From contig RSEE01000037.1 of the NCBI GenBank assembly GCA_003971905.1, forward strand, positions 124,001 to 188,000: DNA of 64,000 nucleotides, written 5' to 3'. Origin of the DNA: Moniliella sp. 'wahieum'. Lineage: Eukaryota. The notes below the pieces were generated by a model. That model was not told the origin of the DNA. It saw only the letters and a program-made list of their open reading frames with translations, and made no database searches. Position numbers and translations under genes: made by a program. Positions 1 through 12,000 of the stretch are shown piece after piece; position 1 is the first letter of the stretch, and each line of letters opens with the position of its first letter.

Positions 1-1691
1 ACGTGCAAAGATCAACGCTCGCAATTTCCGCAAGTCTCCCGCCCTGACGCCGCTGCCGGAAGAGCCTCGTGCCGATTCCCCCCGCAGTGCTTGTATGCTC
101 AACCCCACCTCGCCGAATGATACCACCAGCGCCTGTGAGTCTTTTTGCGGAAGCGCTTCCCAGAGCATCGTATCTAGTGACAAGGATGACGGCTTTGGTG
201 CTGCCTTCGCCGCCTTTGCTCGCAAAGTCACTGTCCTCCAGACTCAACTCGACGCGGTCACGTCCAACGATAGCATTGACTTGGCATCGGTCGTTCGCGA
301 CCTGAAGGATCACGGACAACAGCTCCAATCCCTTTCCCGGCGCATGGATACGTTTGAATGCCGGCTCGAGCCGATCGAAGAGCGCTGGCCTCCCTCGAGG
401 CCCAGGCCGATTCCCTCCACCAGCACACCTGTAGCCTTGACCCGGAGGAAATTGCGCTCACCTCCCGCCGTGTCTTAGAACTCACGTTGGACTGCACAAC
501 GATTGAGGAGCGCTGCCTGGAGGTCGAAGAAGCGCTCGCCGCTCTGGAGCTGCACGTGAAGCAGTCGCCCTCAACGCCGTCTGAGCCAGAAGATATGACC
601 GCAGCAGCGACGGAATCCACCGAGCTTTACGACACTGACTTCGCCGACGGCTGCAGCGATGCCACAGTCCCCCCGTCCCACGACCGCGTTCAAACGTCGC
701 CAATGTCGTCCCAGTCATCCCCGGTCATTCTTCAGAGTGAACCAGCCTCGTTCGTATCGGAAACCCCTGCAAGTAACGCGTCCGCCTCCTCGAGGCCGCG
801 CCTACCGCACGTTGTCACTCCGCAGCCCTCCCCTCCTTCAAGCACTGCTTCTCCGCCCGTGGATTCCAAGTGGCTTGAAGCCGACGTCGCTCCCGTGGTG
901 GCACCCGGACCGTGGGAAGAGGCTAACGAGAACTACGAGCCTCCCGAGCAGACGCGGACGAATCTTATGCGCATTCTCAAGCCCTTCGGTGATTCCTGGT
1001 GGGCTCTGCGCGACTTTTTTTTCAGGGTCTGGAATCTGCGCGAGTTTTGGGGCGATATAGCTCTTACCCGTTTTGTCATCGCCAATGTGCCCCCCGCCGT
1101 TCGCGATGCAGCCACCCAGCACGGCAGCTTCCGTGCTGCTGCCTTCCGAGGGGATCTTCCCTGCGTTCTCACCCTTTTGGACTTGAACTTTGCTCGTCCG
1201 TCGCCCCCGAGTTGAGTTCGACCGTTAACAAACCATGGGATACCCTCACCGAGTCGCTTGTTATGTTCCAACAGCGCTGCATGGGCATGGAACGCGCATT
1301 GGTGGGTAATTCCAACCAGACCTATCTGGCTTCGTCTTTTATTCGGGGCATACCGGAAGCGATGCGCTGTCAGCTGTGTGCCGATGACTTCTTTGACCCG
1401 GACCATGCCTTCACCGTCGTGGCTTCCCTCCTGGGTCGACCTGAATATGCCCACATCGCCTGTGAATTCCCGAGCCCGTGCTCAACTCCTCCCGTATCAT
1501 CTCCTCCGAACCTGACACCTCCAAACCTGCAACCGTCGAACCTGCCACCCCCGAATCCGCCGCCCGTTCCAGCCTCGACTCCGACGACGGAGCCATTGTT
1601 CGCATTCACTCTATGTATCGCACCGCTAGCCACTCCCCCGTCTCGCCTCACTCACTTCAATCCGATGGGCCTGTGCAACGTGCCGGTTTGA
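1..1691 (+). pseudogene. Frameshifted Gag-like retroelement ORF, probably starting upstream of the window
   Basis: ORFs 95-478, 358-1215 and 999-1691 chain together. They give a coiled-coil region (LQTQLDAV...LQSLSRRMDTF), a Pro/Ser linker and a helical block resembling retrotransposon Gag (LRDFFFRVWNLREFWGD...SLVMFQQRCMGMERAL...ASSFIRGIPEAMR). No pol follows. Confidence 0.4.
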
Positions 1692-1835
1692 ATGACGGCG
1701 TCGAGCCCCTCCTCTCTCCGTCCCTCTGGCACGCCACAGCCCGGCGGGATCGAGCGGCGCGTACTCTCACTTGTCGCACTCAACGCACGCATACGATCTC
1801 TGAGAGCTTGACCTCCCAGTATGTGAATAGGCTTG

Positions 1836-1883
1836 CCAAGTCCAAGTCCAAGTCCAAGTCCAATTCCAAGTCCAATTCCAAGT
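1836..1883 (+). repeat. (TCCAAG/TCCAAT)n hexamer microsatellite
   Basis: ccaagtccaagtccaagtccaagtccaattccaagtccaattccaagt. Confidence 0.9.
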
Positions 1884-2315
1884 CTCGATATAATGCCCTG
1901 TCCGATTCCCGGCCGACCCCCGTTTAATTTCCTGGTCTCAGTCGTCGTCCAGTCGTCTCATCATCCCACTTCCAGCTCCGGCATACCCTTACTTTATGAA
2001 TCGTGCTGGACGTGCGTCAGCGTCAGCATGATCCCCGTCTGCCATCAGATGGATTCGCGCCGGCCGCTATTCAGCCGTCCTCGCGCAGTTTCTACTTACT
2101 CCTACCTACCTATAACCCTGACCCGCGTGGATGTGTTTTGTTGTCTCTTTTTGGTTTTTTTGTTACCCTGATGCCTGCCTTTACTGCGCCTTGATCACTC
2201 CACACACTGAACCACATCCCTATACTGACTGGCGGTGCCATGCTACCCAGGATGCTGGACTGTATCCCATCCTTCCCGCCCTCTGTGGCATCCTCGCGTC
2301 GTTTCTTCTTATTCA

Positions 2316-2452
2316 ACTACCTATGACTTGGGCTTACTCCTAATTACCTACGATCCTGACTCATTCCTAACTACCTATGACCCTGGTTCACTCCTTACTA
2401 CCTATGACCCTGACACGCTCCTAACTGCCTATGACCCTGGCTCACTCCTAAC
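2316..2452 (+). repeat. 27-bp minisatellite, about 5 degenerate copies
   Basis: Units such as actacctatgaccctggttcactcctt; translate as TTYDPGSLL/TTYDPDTLL/TAYDPGSLL. Confidence 0.85.
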
Positions 2453-3322
2453 CATCACACCGTCCTTCTGACGGACTTTTAACTACCTATTACCCTGATT
2501 CGTGTGTTGTTGTTTCTTTCTGGTTGGTACCCCAATCCCTTTCTGTTCTTCCACAAGAGTTACCCCCCCTCAAATTGTCCGTGTGGTATTGCGATACAAA
2601 CCAATACATTGTTAACTCGTGGCAAAAGTGTGACGACGTCTCGAATATAGAGTAGGCTGTCTGGTGCGCACTAGAAGGATTTGGAGACTGAATCTCAATG
2701 GAAATGGTTCCTCGCTCGGATGTCTATCACCTTCATTCATGTCTACCCGCACTACCTCGGGTATGGGAACGGATGGCGAGCACCAGAGGGTCCTGATATC
2801 CTGGCGATTCCCCTGGTTCCTTAACAGGGGTGGCGCTACCAAGCAGCACACGCAAGATGAACGGTTCGGCGGTTTAGGCGTAGCGTTTCCCTGTCCCAGC
2901 CTTACTGTCAATGATATGGATGCAGAATAGAGATACTATACTGAAATAGGAAAAGCTCCACACTTTTACACCAGCTGGCGCGTGCCACGTTCCGCGCCAC
3001 CCGCAGCCAGCAAGTATCGGTGATATTATTTCTACGGTGGCGACGGTGGAACGGTGGCGACGGTGGCGACGGTGGAACGGTGGCGACGATGGCCCAGCAA
3101 GCTGACCGAGCTGTAGGCCCGGTGGTCTCCTCGTAGAATTAGAGAGATGTAACCGCGGTAACCGGCCCCCCGGCAAAACGGGCACCGGTCACCATTAACC
3201 GTACGGTTCACCTCAGCCTTCGCGCTCAGGTGGGCGCTCAGCGAGCGCACAACAGCCCTGTGAAATAAGGCCCGCATACTGCTTTGACATGCGGAGAAAT
3301 AGGTAAACGGACAGACAGTTCA

Positions 3323-3563
3323 TGTTGAGCCATCGGGTGACTCGTGCTTTGGCCAATGTCCCTTCAGTTCCTCCTCAGGCCTGGGAGTTCTATTGTTTTA
3401 TCTCTCCTGTTTTTCCTTGTTCCGCAGCTTAGCCCCTGGTGACAATTCGCTGCTTGATGTTCCTCTGTAGGCGTTGCTGGTTGGCTTAGACCACCACCAC
3501 TGCCACAGTGCGATTGCATCATCCTCAAGCTTTCAAGGACCATTCGGACTCCAAGTCTCATCA
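3323..3563 (+). mobile_element. Solo LTR of the Copia family at 20155-25911
   Basis: TGTTGAGCC...TCTCATCA, similar throughout to the reverse complement of the Copia LTR; perfect GTTCA TSD (3318-3322 and 3564-3568). Confidence 0.92.
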
Positions 3564-4666
3564 GTTCAAGCCCACACTTCCGGACAGACACGCCTGTTCA
3601 CCTAGCTGAGGAACTCTCCTACAAGGACTCCATCTCCATCTCCCAAAACACACAATCTGCCAGCGGCATGCGTTATCGCCAGAACCCAGAACTTGATCCG
3701 GGAGACCGAAACCATTGGTACCCGTCACCATCAATGACACCGTACGCTATAATGTGTGCTGTGCAAAATTCCTCCCCGATACGCTCGAGTTCTATCTACA
3801 GGCACGTCAAGAACACCGCCGAGCACGCAAGGGCCAAGAGGCTGCACGAACATCAGATCAGGGAACAGCTTGAAGCCAAGAAATTATCAGAATTGCAGGC
3901 GATGAAAGACAAGTGCCAGAGAGAGAGCGCAAACGCAGACGTGTCGCCGACTTGGCCAACGAACAGGACGCTCCCAAGCTGGAGGGCATGCCTCCCCTTC
4001 TGCTTGGTGAAAGCCCATCAAGAGGCTTAGGGCGGCGCAGCTGCATGGGTTGGCCTTGCTGAACGAGCGGTGGGACGTGGGACAACGGTGGCCCCGGGCC
4101 GTAAACGCACTCCACATGTAGCCCGTCACTGACGCCGGCGTTGTGGAAGGCGAGGGTGAAGGCAAGCCGTGTCAGCAAGAAGGTCTGGCTGGATTGCGAG
4201 GGATATTATGCTGCGGGCAAGGGCGTGCGGTCGGAGGGGCATGGTGTGGGGACTGGACGCAGACAGGGATGGTGGAGGTAAGAAATGCATCCGTCGTCAG
4301 CGCGGGAGAGTCATGGTGGACTGATACGGGCGGCAGGTCGGACGGAGCGTCGGAACTGATGCGCTCGCCCGCGCCGAGGGGGCTCGCTGGGGCTCGCACT
4401 CGCGGGGAATGGCGGGGCGGCCGGAGGAACACGGAACGCCAGGGGTAACCGGGTAACGTAACCTTCCCTACACGGGATAGGGGTAGGGTTGCGATGCGTG
4501 TGGGGTTGTTAAATTAAGACGCGCTCACGTGCGCTCGGCTGTGTCTGAACATCTTGCCTGCCTTAGCGCTTATAGCCCGCTTATAGTACCAGCAACATCC
4601 GCCCGCCACCGCCACTGCCACCACCACCACCCGTCCGCTGCCCCCACCGTGCTGAACACTCGTGCC

Positions 4667-5714
4667 ATGCCCCTGCCTGTCCTACCCCCCGACCATGGCA
4701 ATGTGCTTGATGCCATGGTGCCATCCACCCGTACCGACGCCACCCAAGGCGACAGCGGCGTGGATGCGGCACAGGGCCCATTGGCATTGGCCAGCCTCCA
4801 GCACCCGCTGGGCGCACAAGACTCCTCTCAACCTTTTCACCTATCATCTTCCTCTTCCTCTTCCTCTTCCTCTTCTCTTCCTCTTCCTCTTCCTCTTCCT
4901 CTTCCTCTTCCTCTTCCTCTTCCTCTTCCTCTCCTCTCACTCTTCCACACTACTCGCCCTGCTCATGCGCGCCGCGGGCAGACGGCCCGTTGGGTCCCAA
5001 TGCCTGGATGCTACTTGGTATGGCAATGAGGCGCAGAACATTATTGCCAAGCTGAACAAGCTGAACAGGAAAGTAGAAAAGGATCTGTCCGTCTGTGCTC
5101 GTCAGATCAAGTACATCCAAACCAAACAACGCCATCAGCCGAAGGCCCCGCTCCACCACGCCCAACAATACGTGGAGGTACGTCTTTCTCACTTACTTGC
5201 CCAAAATGACTGGGCTTTTTGTTGTTTCCAGTTATTATACCTCTCGCGTTCATCAACCTGCTTCTAGTTTGTTAACTCTTGTTGATTCTATGCAGACATT
5301 CATATGGCAGAACCCAGCCGTCAACGAGGATGCCTACCAGTTTTCCCAGACAAATGAGGCAGAGCGGGGTCAACTCTCATCGCTCCAACTGCCTGACCAC
5401 GCGAACGGCCGCATCGGCAAGAGTCAATTGGCGATGGAAGACGCCCGTCGTGCTCGAATTGGGTATCTGAAAGGTGAACTTGCGTTAGCATTGAAACAAA
5501 TGAAGAGATGGAGGAACAACTTGTTGCCTTTTTGCAGCACACAGCAAAACAGAGGCAAGTTGATCTGATCGCAGCCGAAAACCTTCTTGTCAACGTGAAG
5601 AAGCATATGGCAAAATGCAAGACGATCTGTGAACGCTGCTCAGATCATATGGAACAAGTCAAGGGGGAGCGCCAACAAGCTAGAAGAAGATTGACTCGCT
5701 GTATGGCGAGTTGA
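4667..5714 (+). CDS. Hypothetical coiled-coil protein inside TIR element A (frameshifted, one clear intron)
   Basis: GTACGT...TGCAG intron at 5178-5295 joins QQYVE to TFIWQNP in phase 0. Heptad-rich segments: IIAKLNKLNRKVEKDL, LVNVKKHMAKCKTICERC. The start codon is uncertain. Confidence 0.45.
4846..4931 (+). repeat. (TCTTCC)n microsatellite
   Basis: About 14 tandem units visible. Confidence 0.95.
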
Positions 5715-8542
5715 ACGACACGCCAAACACAAGCCCTCGTGCTGGAAACAAAGCTGAAGCATGCGACCATCAGTGGCACTGCAGTAGTAGTGTTCTTATT
5801 TTCTTCTTCTTCTTCCTTCCTGAGAATGGGAGCATAACTCTTGTGGAGCTATGCAGTGAATGTTATGACTTTGCCACCTCCATCCCCAGTTACCTGCACA
5901 ATAAAAGGCCGAGATGGCGCATTGGGCACATCACACTCGGCTTCTGAAAAATCAACAGGGCGTGTGTGATCTTGTGCTTGAGACCACGAGGGAGAAGATG
6001 CTTGAGGCAGAGCGCCAGCTGCAACAGCAGCAATGCACCGTTCAACAACGTGATACGCGCCTCGATGCTCAATGATACGGATGCAGAGTAGGTCCATTTT
6101 TCCCTATAACTCTCGTACTTGTTCTGTGGAAGCATAATGCAGATCTGCTGACGCATCCGGCGTTCCTTTTCGGAACTAGAGAGCAGGAGGTGGTGCGGCC
6201 GGCGACCCAGCGATGAACGTCTGTGTAATGATAGGAAAGGAATGAAGCGGCAGGAGGGTAGGAATCCATATCTAAGATTGTGGGGGTATAGTAGGCGTGG
6301 AGCATGGGTCCGGTAAATTGGCACCCACACACATCATGCACAGGTTTGCCACCAGCTCAATAAAGCCTTCTGAATTGGCACTGTACTGGTTCGGTAGCAT
6401 GATGCCAACAGATGGGCACTCTGGCCTGTCGTGTTCGCTCGCTCAGTAGAGCCGAGAATGCATCTATTTACCACAGATGGTGGGGAAGGTGATGTTCCAA
6501 TTCTCAAGGATTTTCAAATGCCGTGCAGACATCGTGGAGCCACGGCTGTGGGGTGTCTATGATGGTAGCACTTACGGACGTGCGAGAGCTCTCCCCTTAC
6601 TGTCAACGGGAGAAGGCGGGCTGGCAAGCCTGCCAGCGGAGCCTACGCGTTTCCTTTGCCTTTCTAACTCCGACCCCAGATTATTGGTCATCGGGTCAGA
6701 TGCGATCTCATGCGATCTCGGCTGAAGCCCGTCTTCTCTACCCTTCTACCCAACAATAGAGTACATTCCCAAATTCAGTTCGATCGTGTTAGCCAGCTCA
6801 CAAGCGTGATCACAAGCTACACGTATCTGCCCGACAACAGCCGCCTTTTCCCCAAGTGAATCGGTAGCCACCGCGTGGGCCACTCACAAAGTTGCAGTAT
6901 TCTCCTTTGCGACGATAGTCGCCCCATGCCCGTTTACCTTGCCTTTCTAGTAGGCTGTCCGTGCGGCAATCATCCCCTCTGTTTCTCCTGTCCCCCGATC
7001 TTCCTCGATTGCGTTGTTTCCGTATTAGTCCTGTTTGTAAGCAATGGATCGTGGGGGAAACCCACGATCCATTGGCGTCTTCCCCTACTGTTCTCACTAT
7101 AATTGATCAACCCAGTTCAGGCAACCCCTCCTCTTAGTTGCTCCTCTGCGTCACAATCTCATCCTCCACTTTTCGTCCCTAAGCAACCCAGTTCGCGTGT
7201 GTCCGCCCCCATGCCACGTCGAAGCCCAGCTCAGTTCAACCACGTGTGACCCCCCTTCCACACTACCGACCCCTTTTTGATAGTGTACACGTCACCAATA
7301 TCCATCGTGGCCTGATGTCGCTGATGTCAGAAACCTTATTTATTCTGACTCCAGGATGTCAGCGCCATCTCGGCTCTCCTTGCTATCCTCGTGTCAAGGA
7401 CGCGAGTGAGGTCAAATCTGTTATCGGCGATCACAAGGACAGCAGTGCCATCAGTCTTCAAGCTTCAATGTTCAAGCAAAAGGCAATGGTCCCTGGATCT
7501 GCTTATGCAACCTTGATGGTGGCGGTCAGAGGGGCAGGCACCCTCGCATCGTATCTTTGTGCGGGGCGATGGCCCGTGTTCCGCCGCTGTTCCGCCTCCT
7601 TGGGTGTGTTGCCGCGTATTCGCTGCTTCGCCACAGTTGACCAGCGATGGGCCAGGCATTCATCAATCGCACCGCTACTTTTTTGCATCTCGTCCACAAG
7701 CGATCTGTGGGCGACCGCTATGCGCTCATAGGAAACCACCGGGCCCACGGCCCGGTCTGCTGAGGCTTCGCCCCAGCCTGTTAGGCTGGGTCACCGTTGC
7801 CACCGTAGCCGCCGTTCCATTGGTCCACCGGTCCACCGTTCCACGCTGGAGAGACAAAATACTATCACCAACGAGGAGACCACCGGGCCTACGGCCCGGT
7901 CAGCTCTTCGCCCCAGCTCGGTGCTTGGCCGCACCTTAGCCACCGTTCCCCCTAGAGATACGTGCTGGCTGGGTGGACTGGAACGTGGCACGCGTCAGCT
8001 GATGTAAAAGTGCACAGGGGCGTTTCCCATTTCCCATTTTTTCACCCGGCCCCACGTAGTACGAAGAGTACTAGAGTACTGGTGGAGCTAGTGACTAGCG
8101 GCTAGTGAAGCTTGAAGAGCTAGTGAAGCGAAGCTTGAAGAGATTATCGCTTGGCATGAGATCTGAGAATCGCAGTAGGCGATCAGTCGATGGCGCCGCA
8201 GGCAGCAGGTTGTACTGGTGCTCTCATGCGGCCCCGTGCGGCGCCAGCACAGGGGCTGTGTAGTGTAAGGTGCATCCCAAAGCATCTAAATACGATGGGC
8301 GTGAGAAAATTGGTCTCGTCCCCCTGAGCAAACAAGCAACTCATGTAACGCGTAACGCCGCAGGCGCAGACCGCGTACCGGAAGGCGGTACATGAGAGCA
8401 CCGCGACGCCTTTAAAGCTCTGTCAATGATAGGGATGCAGTATAGAGAAACTAGTAACTAGTAACTCCACACTCCTCTCAGTGTGGCATGGTTCGGTGTA
8501 ATCGTAATCTAATGTCCTTTAATTGACCCAGTTGCAGCACGG

Positions 8543-8582
8543 TGTTGAGCAACCGGGTGCCTCCTTTGTTTTGGCCAACGTC
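8543..8582 (+). mobile_element. Degenerate 5' fragment of the Copia-family LTR
   Basis: tgttgagcaaccgggtgcctcctttgttttggccaacgtc resembles the LTR start tgttgagccaggtggctcgtgctttggccaatgtc. Confidence 0.5.
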
Positions 8583-8723
8583 TCCAATCGCCATGTGGTG
8601 CCCCAGTAGGGTAAAGGCGTAGTGCAAAAGCGCAGAACCTTCCTGGTCATTCCTTCCAATACTCCTTCCTGGAAGGCACAGGAGTATTCTCTATATATAG
8701 CCTCTGTATTTTCTTTTGACTCT

Positions 8724-9091
8724 TGTTACGAGGCGCTCCGGTGTCTCCCGACGCAGAGCCCCGCATGTCATAGGCATCTCTTACTAGCACGTCAGCCTCT
8801 ACATAGGCTAGCAAGAGAGAGCTTATCTATCCATGCAGCTGGCATCCTTCGCAGCCCGCTCAATATGGGCGCATGGGTACGATGCTTTGTTCCCATTGCG
8901 CCCACAGTCTTGGCAGAACCCTTTGTCTGCTGCGGCCTACCGGACCGCGGACTTGACAGAACAGACTGCGCTTTTTGCCTTACTACTGTAGCTCTCTCTT
9001 GCTAGGCATGTAGAGACTGATGACGTGTTTGGAAGAGATGCCTATGACATGTGTGGCTCCCCGTCGAGAGACACCGGAGCGTCCCATACCA
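8724..9091. mobile_element. Foldback MITE with ~100-bp terminal inverted repeats and TG...CA ends
   Basis: 8724-8823 is an imperfect reverse complement of 8989-9091 (e.g. cgctccggtgtctc/gagacaccggagcg; catgtcataggcatctctt/aagagatgcctatgacatg; ctagcaagagagagct/agctctctcttgctag). Flanks are ACTCT and TCTCT. Confidence 0.8.
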
Positions 9092-12000
9092 TCTCTGTAG
9101 CTCATCCGCTCATGTGCAAAATGCAATACACCGTCAACTGCCTGCTCTCTGGTCTTTCACATCATTATTCAGCCCACCGGACACGGTTCCATGCGCTAGT
9201 ATGTCCGTCGAAGCGGAGGGTGCACTACACAGTGCAAGTACTCGCGCTATCTGTGACAGTTGCAGCACGGTTCCATGTGGCGTATACCAGGCCACGCGCC
9301 AAAAGTGGCGCCACTGTAGGGAAAAGGCGCAGCCAAAGGGAACCTTCCTTATCATTCCTTCCAACAGGAGTATATTCTCTAGCCTCTACTGTAGCTCTCA
9401 TTGCAAATGTTTAGTAGCACTAGTGGCAGTTATTAAAGGCGAGGCCAACTCTTATTCATTCCAACGTCTGAACGCTTTCGGACCCCGCCAGTCCCGATAT
9501 GGCCCCCATCAGACCCGATGTGGATATTTTGATGACAGCCAGTGGCCGGGCGAGGCAACCAGACTGCATCCAGGACCAGCCGGACGACATCCGCGCACAC
9601 CTCGGCCATTATACGTTTGTTCACCTCCAAGCCGACTTCCAAGCCTCGGCCAGCCGCCTGTTGTGGAGAGCATGACGTGCTCGACACCCCATGTGGAGGG
9701 CCATGATCCGACTCCAAGATCAGGTCGCAGACGTCCGCGAAGCCGTAAGTGGGGTAAACGAAATACAACATGAACTCCATAAAGCGCAAAACGGAAAGTT
9801 CTTCATGAGATCATGACGCGGACGGCCACATGTCGCAGGCCACTGCGAGCCAGGATGAAGACGCAGAAAAGCGGACTCGAGATGCTGTTGGCCAAGTCCG
9901 CCCTATGTCTGTATGCCTCCATTTTTCATCTTCAGATGATTAAGGCTGACCACAGCATCTTTTTCCGTTTAAAGGCATTTTGGTTTTGCAGCGCAAGTAC
10001 ATTAAACAGCTAGTCATGCGTTCCATGAAGGCTCCTTGGGAAGCGTCTCATCTAGGTGCCTTTGTGCGGTATGTACTATCTATCTTGAATCGCTCGAGAC
10101 CCAGCTTTCTCTCTGACAAAGGAAGAAAGGAAGGTTGGGTTGAGCAGGAATGGGCCAAAAGTCACGTTGCCAGACCAAGGCCTCCTGGCACCGTTATCGA
10201 TGCTGCAACTGATGATAAAGGGTGCCTAGGCAAAGAAGTACGGGCAAGAATAACGCTAGCCATAGCGGTCATCCGCTACGAGATCGTAACTAATGTGCGT
10301 ATCTTCAATTGGTTCCTTTCCTCTTCACGGTACATTCTGAACGCTTCTACCCGAACCCACTTGCAGGTGGAGACGCACCACTGGGTAAGTAAGGCCCGCG
10401 GGCCCACGTTGGGTGTCGTCAGTGTCGCCTCATTTCACAAGAAGGTTGTCAAACACAACCTGGGAGAGTATGACCGCAACCTCAACGGCGTGGAGGGCAG
10501 GATCCTTCCGATGCGCATTCCCATCCTCCTTCATCTCTGTCTCGATTTGCTGAATATACAACCAGGTGGAGAAGCTGTCTAACGGACTTTGAAACCAGTG
10601 GGGCATTTCACTGGATGCCATCCCTGAGACTCCGATGCAACTGTACCCGCTGATCCTCGTCGCAGCGCCTGTGATACTAACCCTTCGAACACATGTGGTG
10701 ACCTGGCACGATATGCAATACCAATCTATCCAAATACCAGATCTCCTTGGTTTAATTATAGGATTAGCCATTATTATTGGATAGTTCCCCATTGGCAAGA
10801 ATAAACGTGTACGCAACAGGAGCAGTCATAGTCCTCGATGTCGACAGTGTCATCGGGAGACATTGATGTCGGGGTACCCGGGGACATCTATGCTATCGTT
10901 GGAGACCTATTACCCCTATGGTATCACCCACGTCAATGACCCCCCGACGTCTAAGGCACTCACGACGTCTAAGGCACCCACGACGTCTACGGCATCTTTG
11001 GTAGTGCTGTCATCGCCGACATATTTGACGTGAACCCTATCATTGATAGGGCGTAACCCTTTGATGTTTTCCCCTTCCCTGATGTCTTTGATACCCTGAG
11101 CGAGTCTCGTATCCATGTCGCCAATGACATCCATTTCGTATCTGACATCATGGACATCACTACCGTCCCCGTCATCGAGAACAGCTGCGTTATTTACTTG
11201 ATGTCTATGACATCAAAGTAAAGGTCCTCAAACTATGACAGTCATGATCGTCATGATAGTCATGGATGTCAGAAAGGGGTCGGTAGTGCAGCTACCCCCC
11301 AGTCCCAGTCTAGTTCCAGCTCTAGCGCAGTGTTTGTCCTTCACTGCCATTCCCCGTCCCTGGGACACGCTAATGCCACCCAAGCTGGTGCTTCGCAACC
11401 TTGTCACACGTGCAGCGGCCTCTGCTATACGCTGGGATGCTTCTCCGTATTGTCCCTAACCCCGCTCGGACCACCAATCAGCCTGAGCACGTAATTTCCG
11501 GAGTCGACCTTTACGACTTCTAAGGAATTGTATCCCTCCGATCCTATAACTCTTTCTGTTTGGGCACGTCATATACACCGTGAGGATACCCTCATCGTGG
11601 AAACCGACAGAACCGAGGCAAACCTGGTCTACTGTGAGCGTCTCGGAGCCGGAGGATCACAGTGAACTCCCCCGCTTGCATGGATCCCTGAGACCTCCGG
11701 TTGTGGGATGATGATCTTCTGCCAGTGGATGTAGATAGGTGAGGACTTTGAGTAGTGGCTGCCGGGACGAATGGCCTGTGGCTGGAAGAGTTGTGCACGG
11801 CCACACTACTGGCCTGGCCAACACTCCTGCTGTCCAGGATGACGCCTGGATGAGCCGAGGGCATGATTGATGTATCGTGCGACCGCCAGATGCTTGGAGA
11901 AGTCTTTGGAGTAAAAGCAACACTAGGAGTTGCGCCCCAATGTGGTTTGGTACACAAAAGTAAAAAGCACCAGTAGATGTAGTGAAAGAAAAAAGGGACT

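Larger units (their letters stand above)
2961..8012. mobile_element. CAC-terminated TIR DNA transposon, family A (CACTA/CMC-like, non-autonomous or decayed)
   Basis: Left end CACTTTTACACCAGCTGGCGCGTGCCACGTTCC at 2961 nearly matches the reverse complement of GGAACGTGGCACGCGTCAGCTGATGTAAAAGTG ending at 8012. Both ends are flanked by CA. 9-bp subterminal repeats (ggtggcgac/ggtggaac) occur at 3036-3088 and inverted at 7792-7845. Confidence 0.7.
7261..11288. mobile_element. CACTA-type TIR element, family B (non-autonomous or decayed)
   Basis: CACTACCGACCCCTTT(T)TGA at 7261 versus TCAGAAAGGGGTCGGTAGTG ending at 11288. CA flanks both sides. GATGTC/GACATC subterminal repeats at about 7310-7460 and 10840-11270. 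Confidence 0.75.

Noticed and set aside
2316..2452. Repeat array as CRISPR
   Set aside because: Head-to-tail degenerate units with no unique spacers, no cas genes and a eukaryotic context
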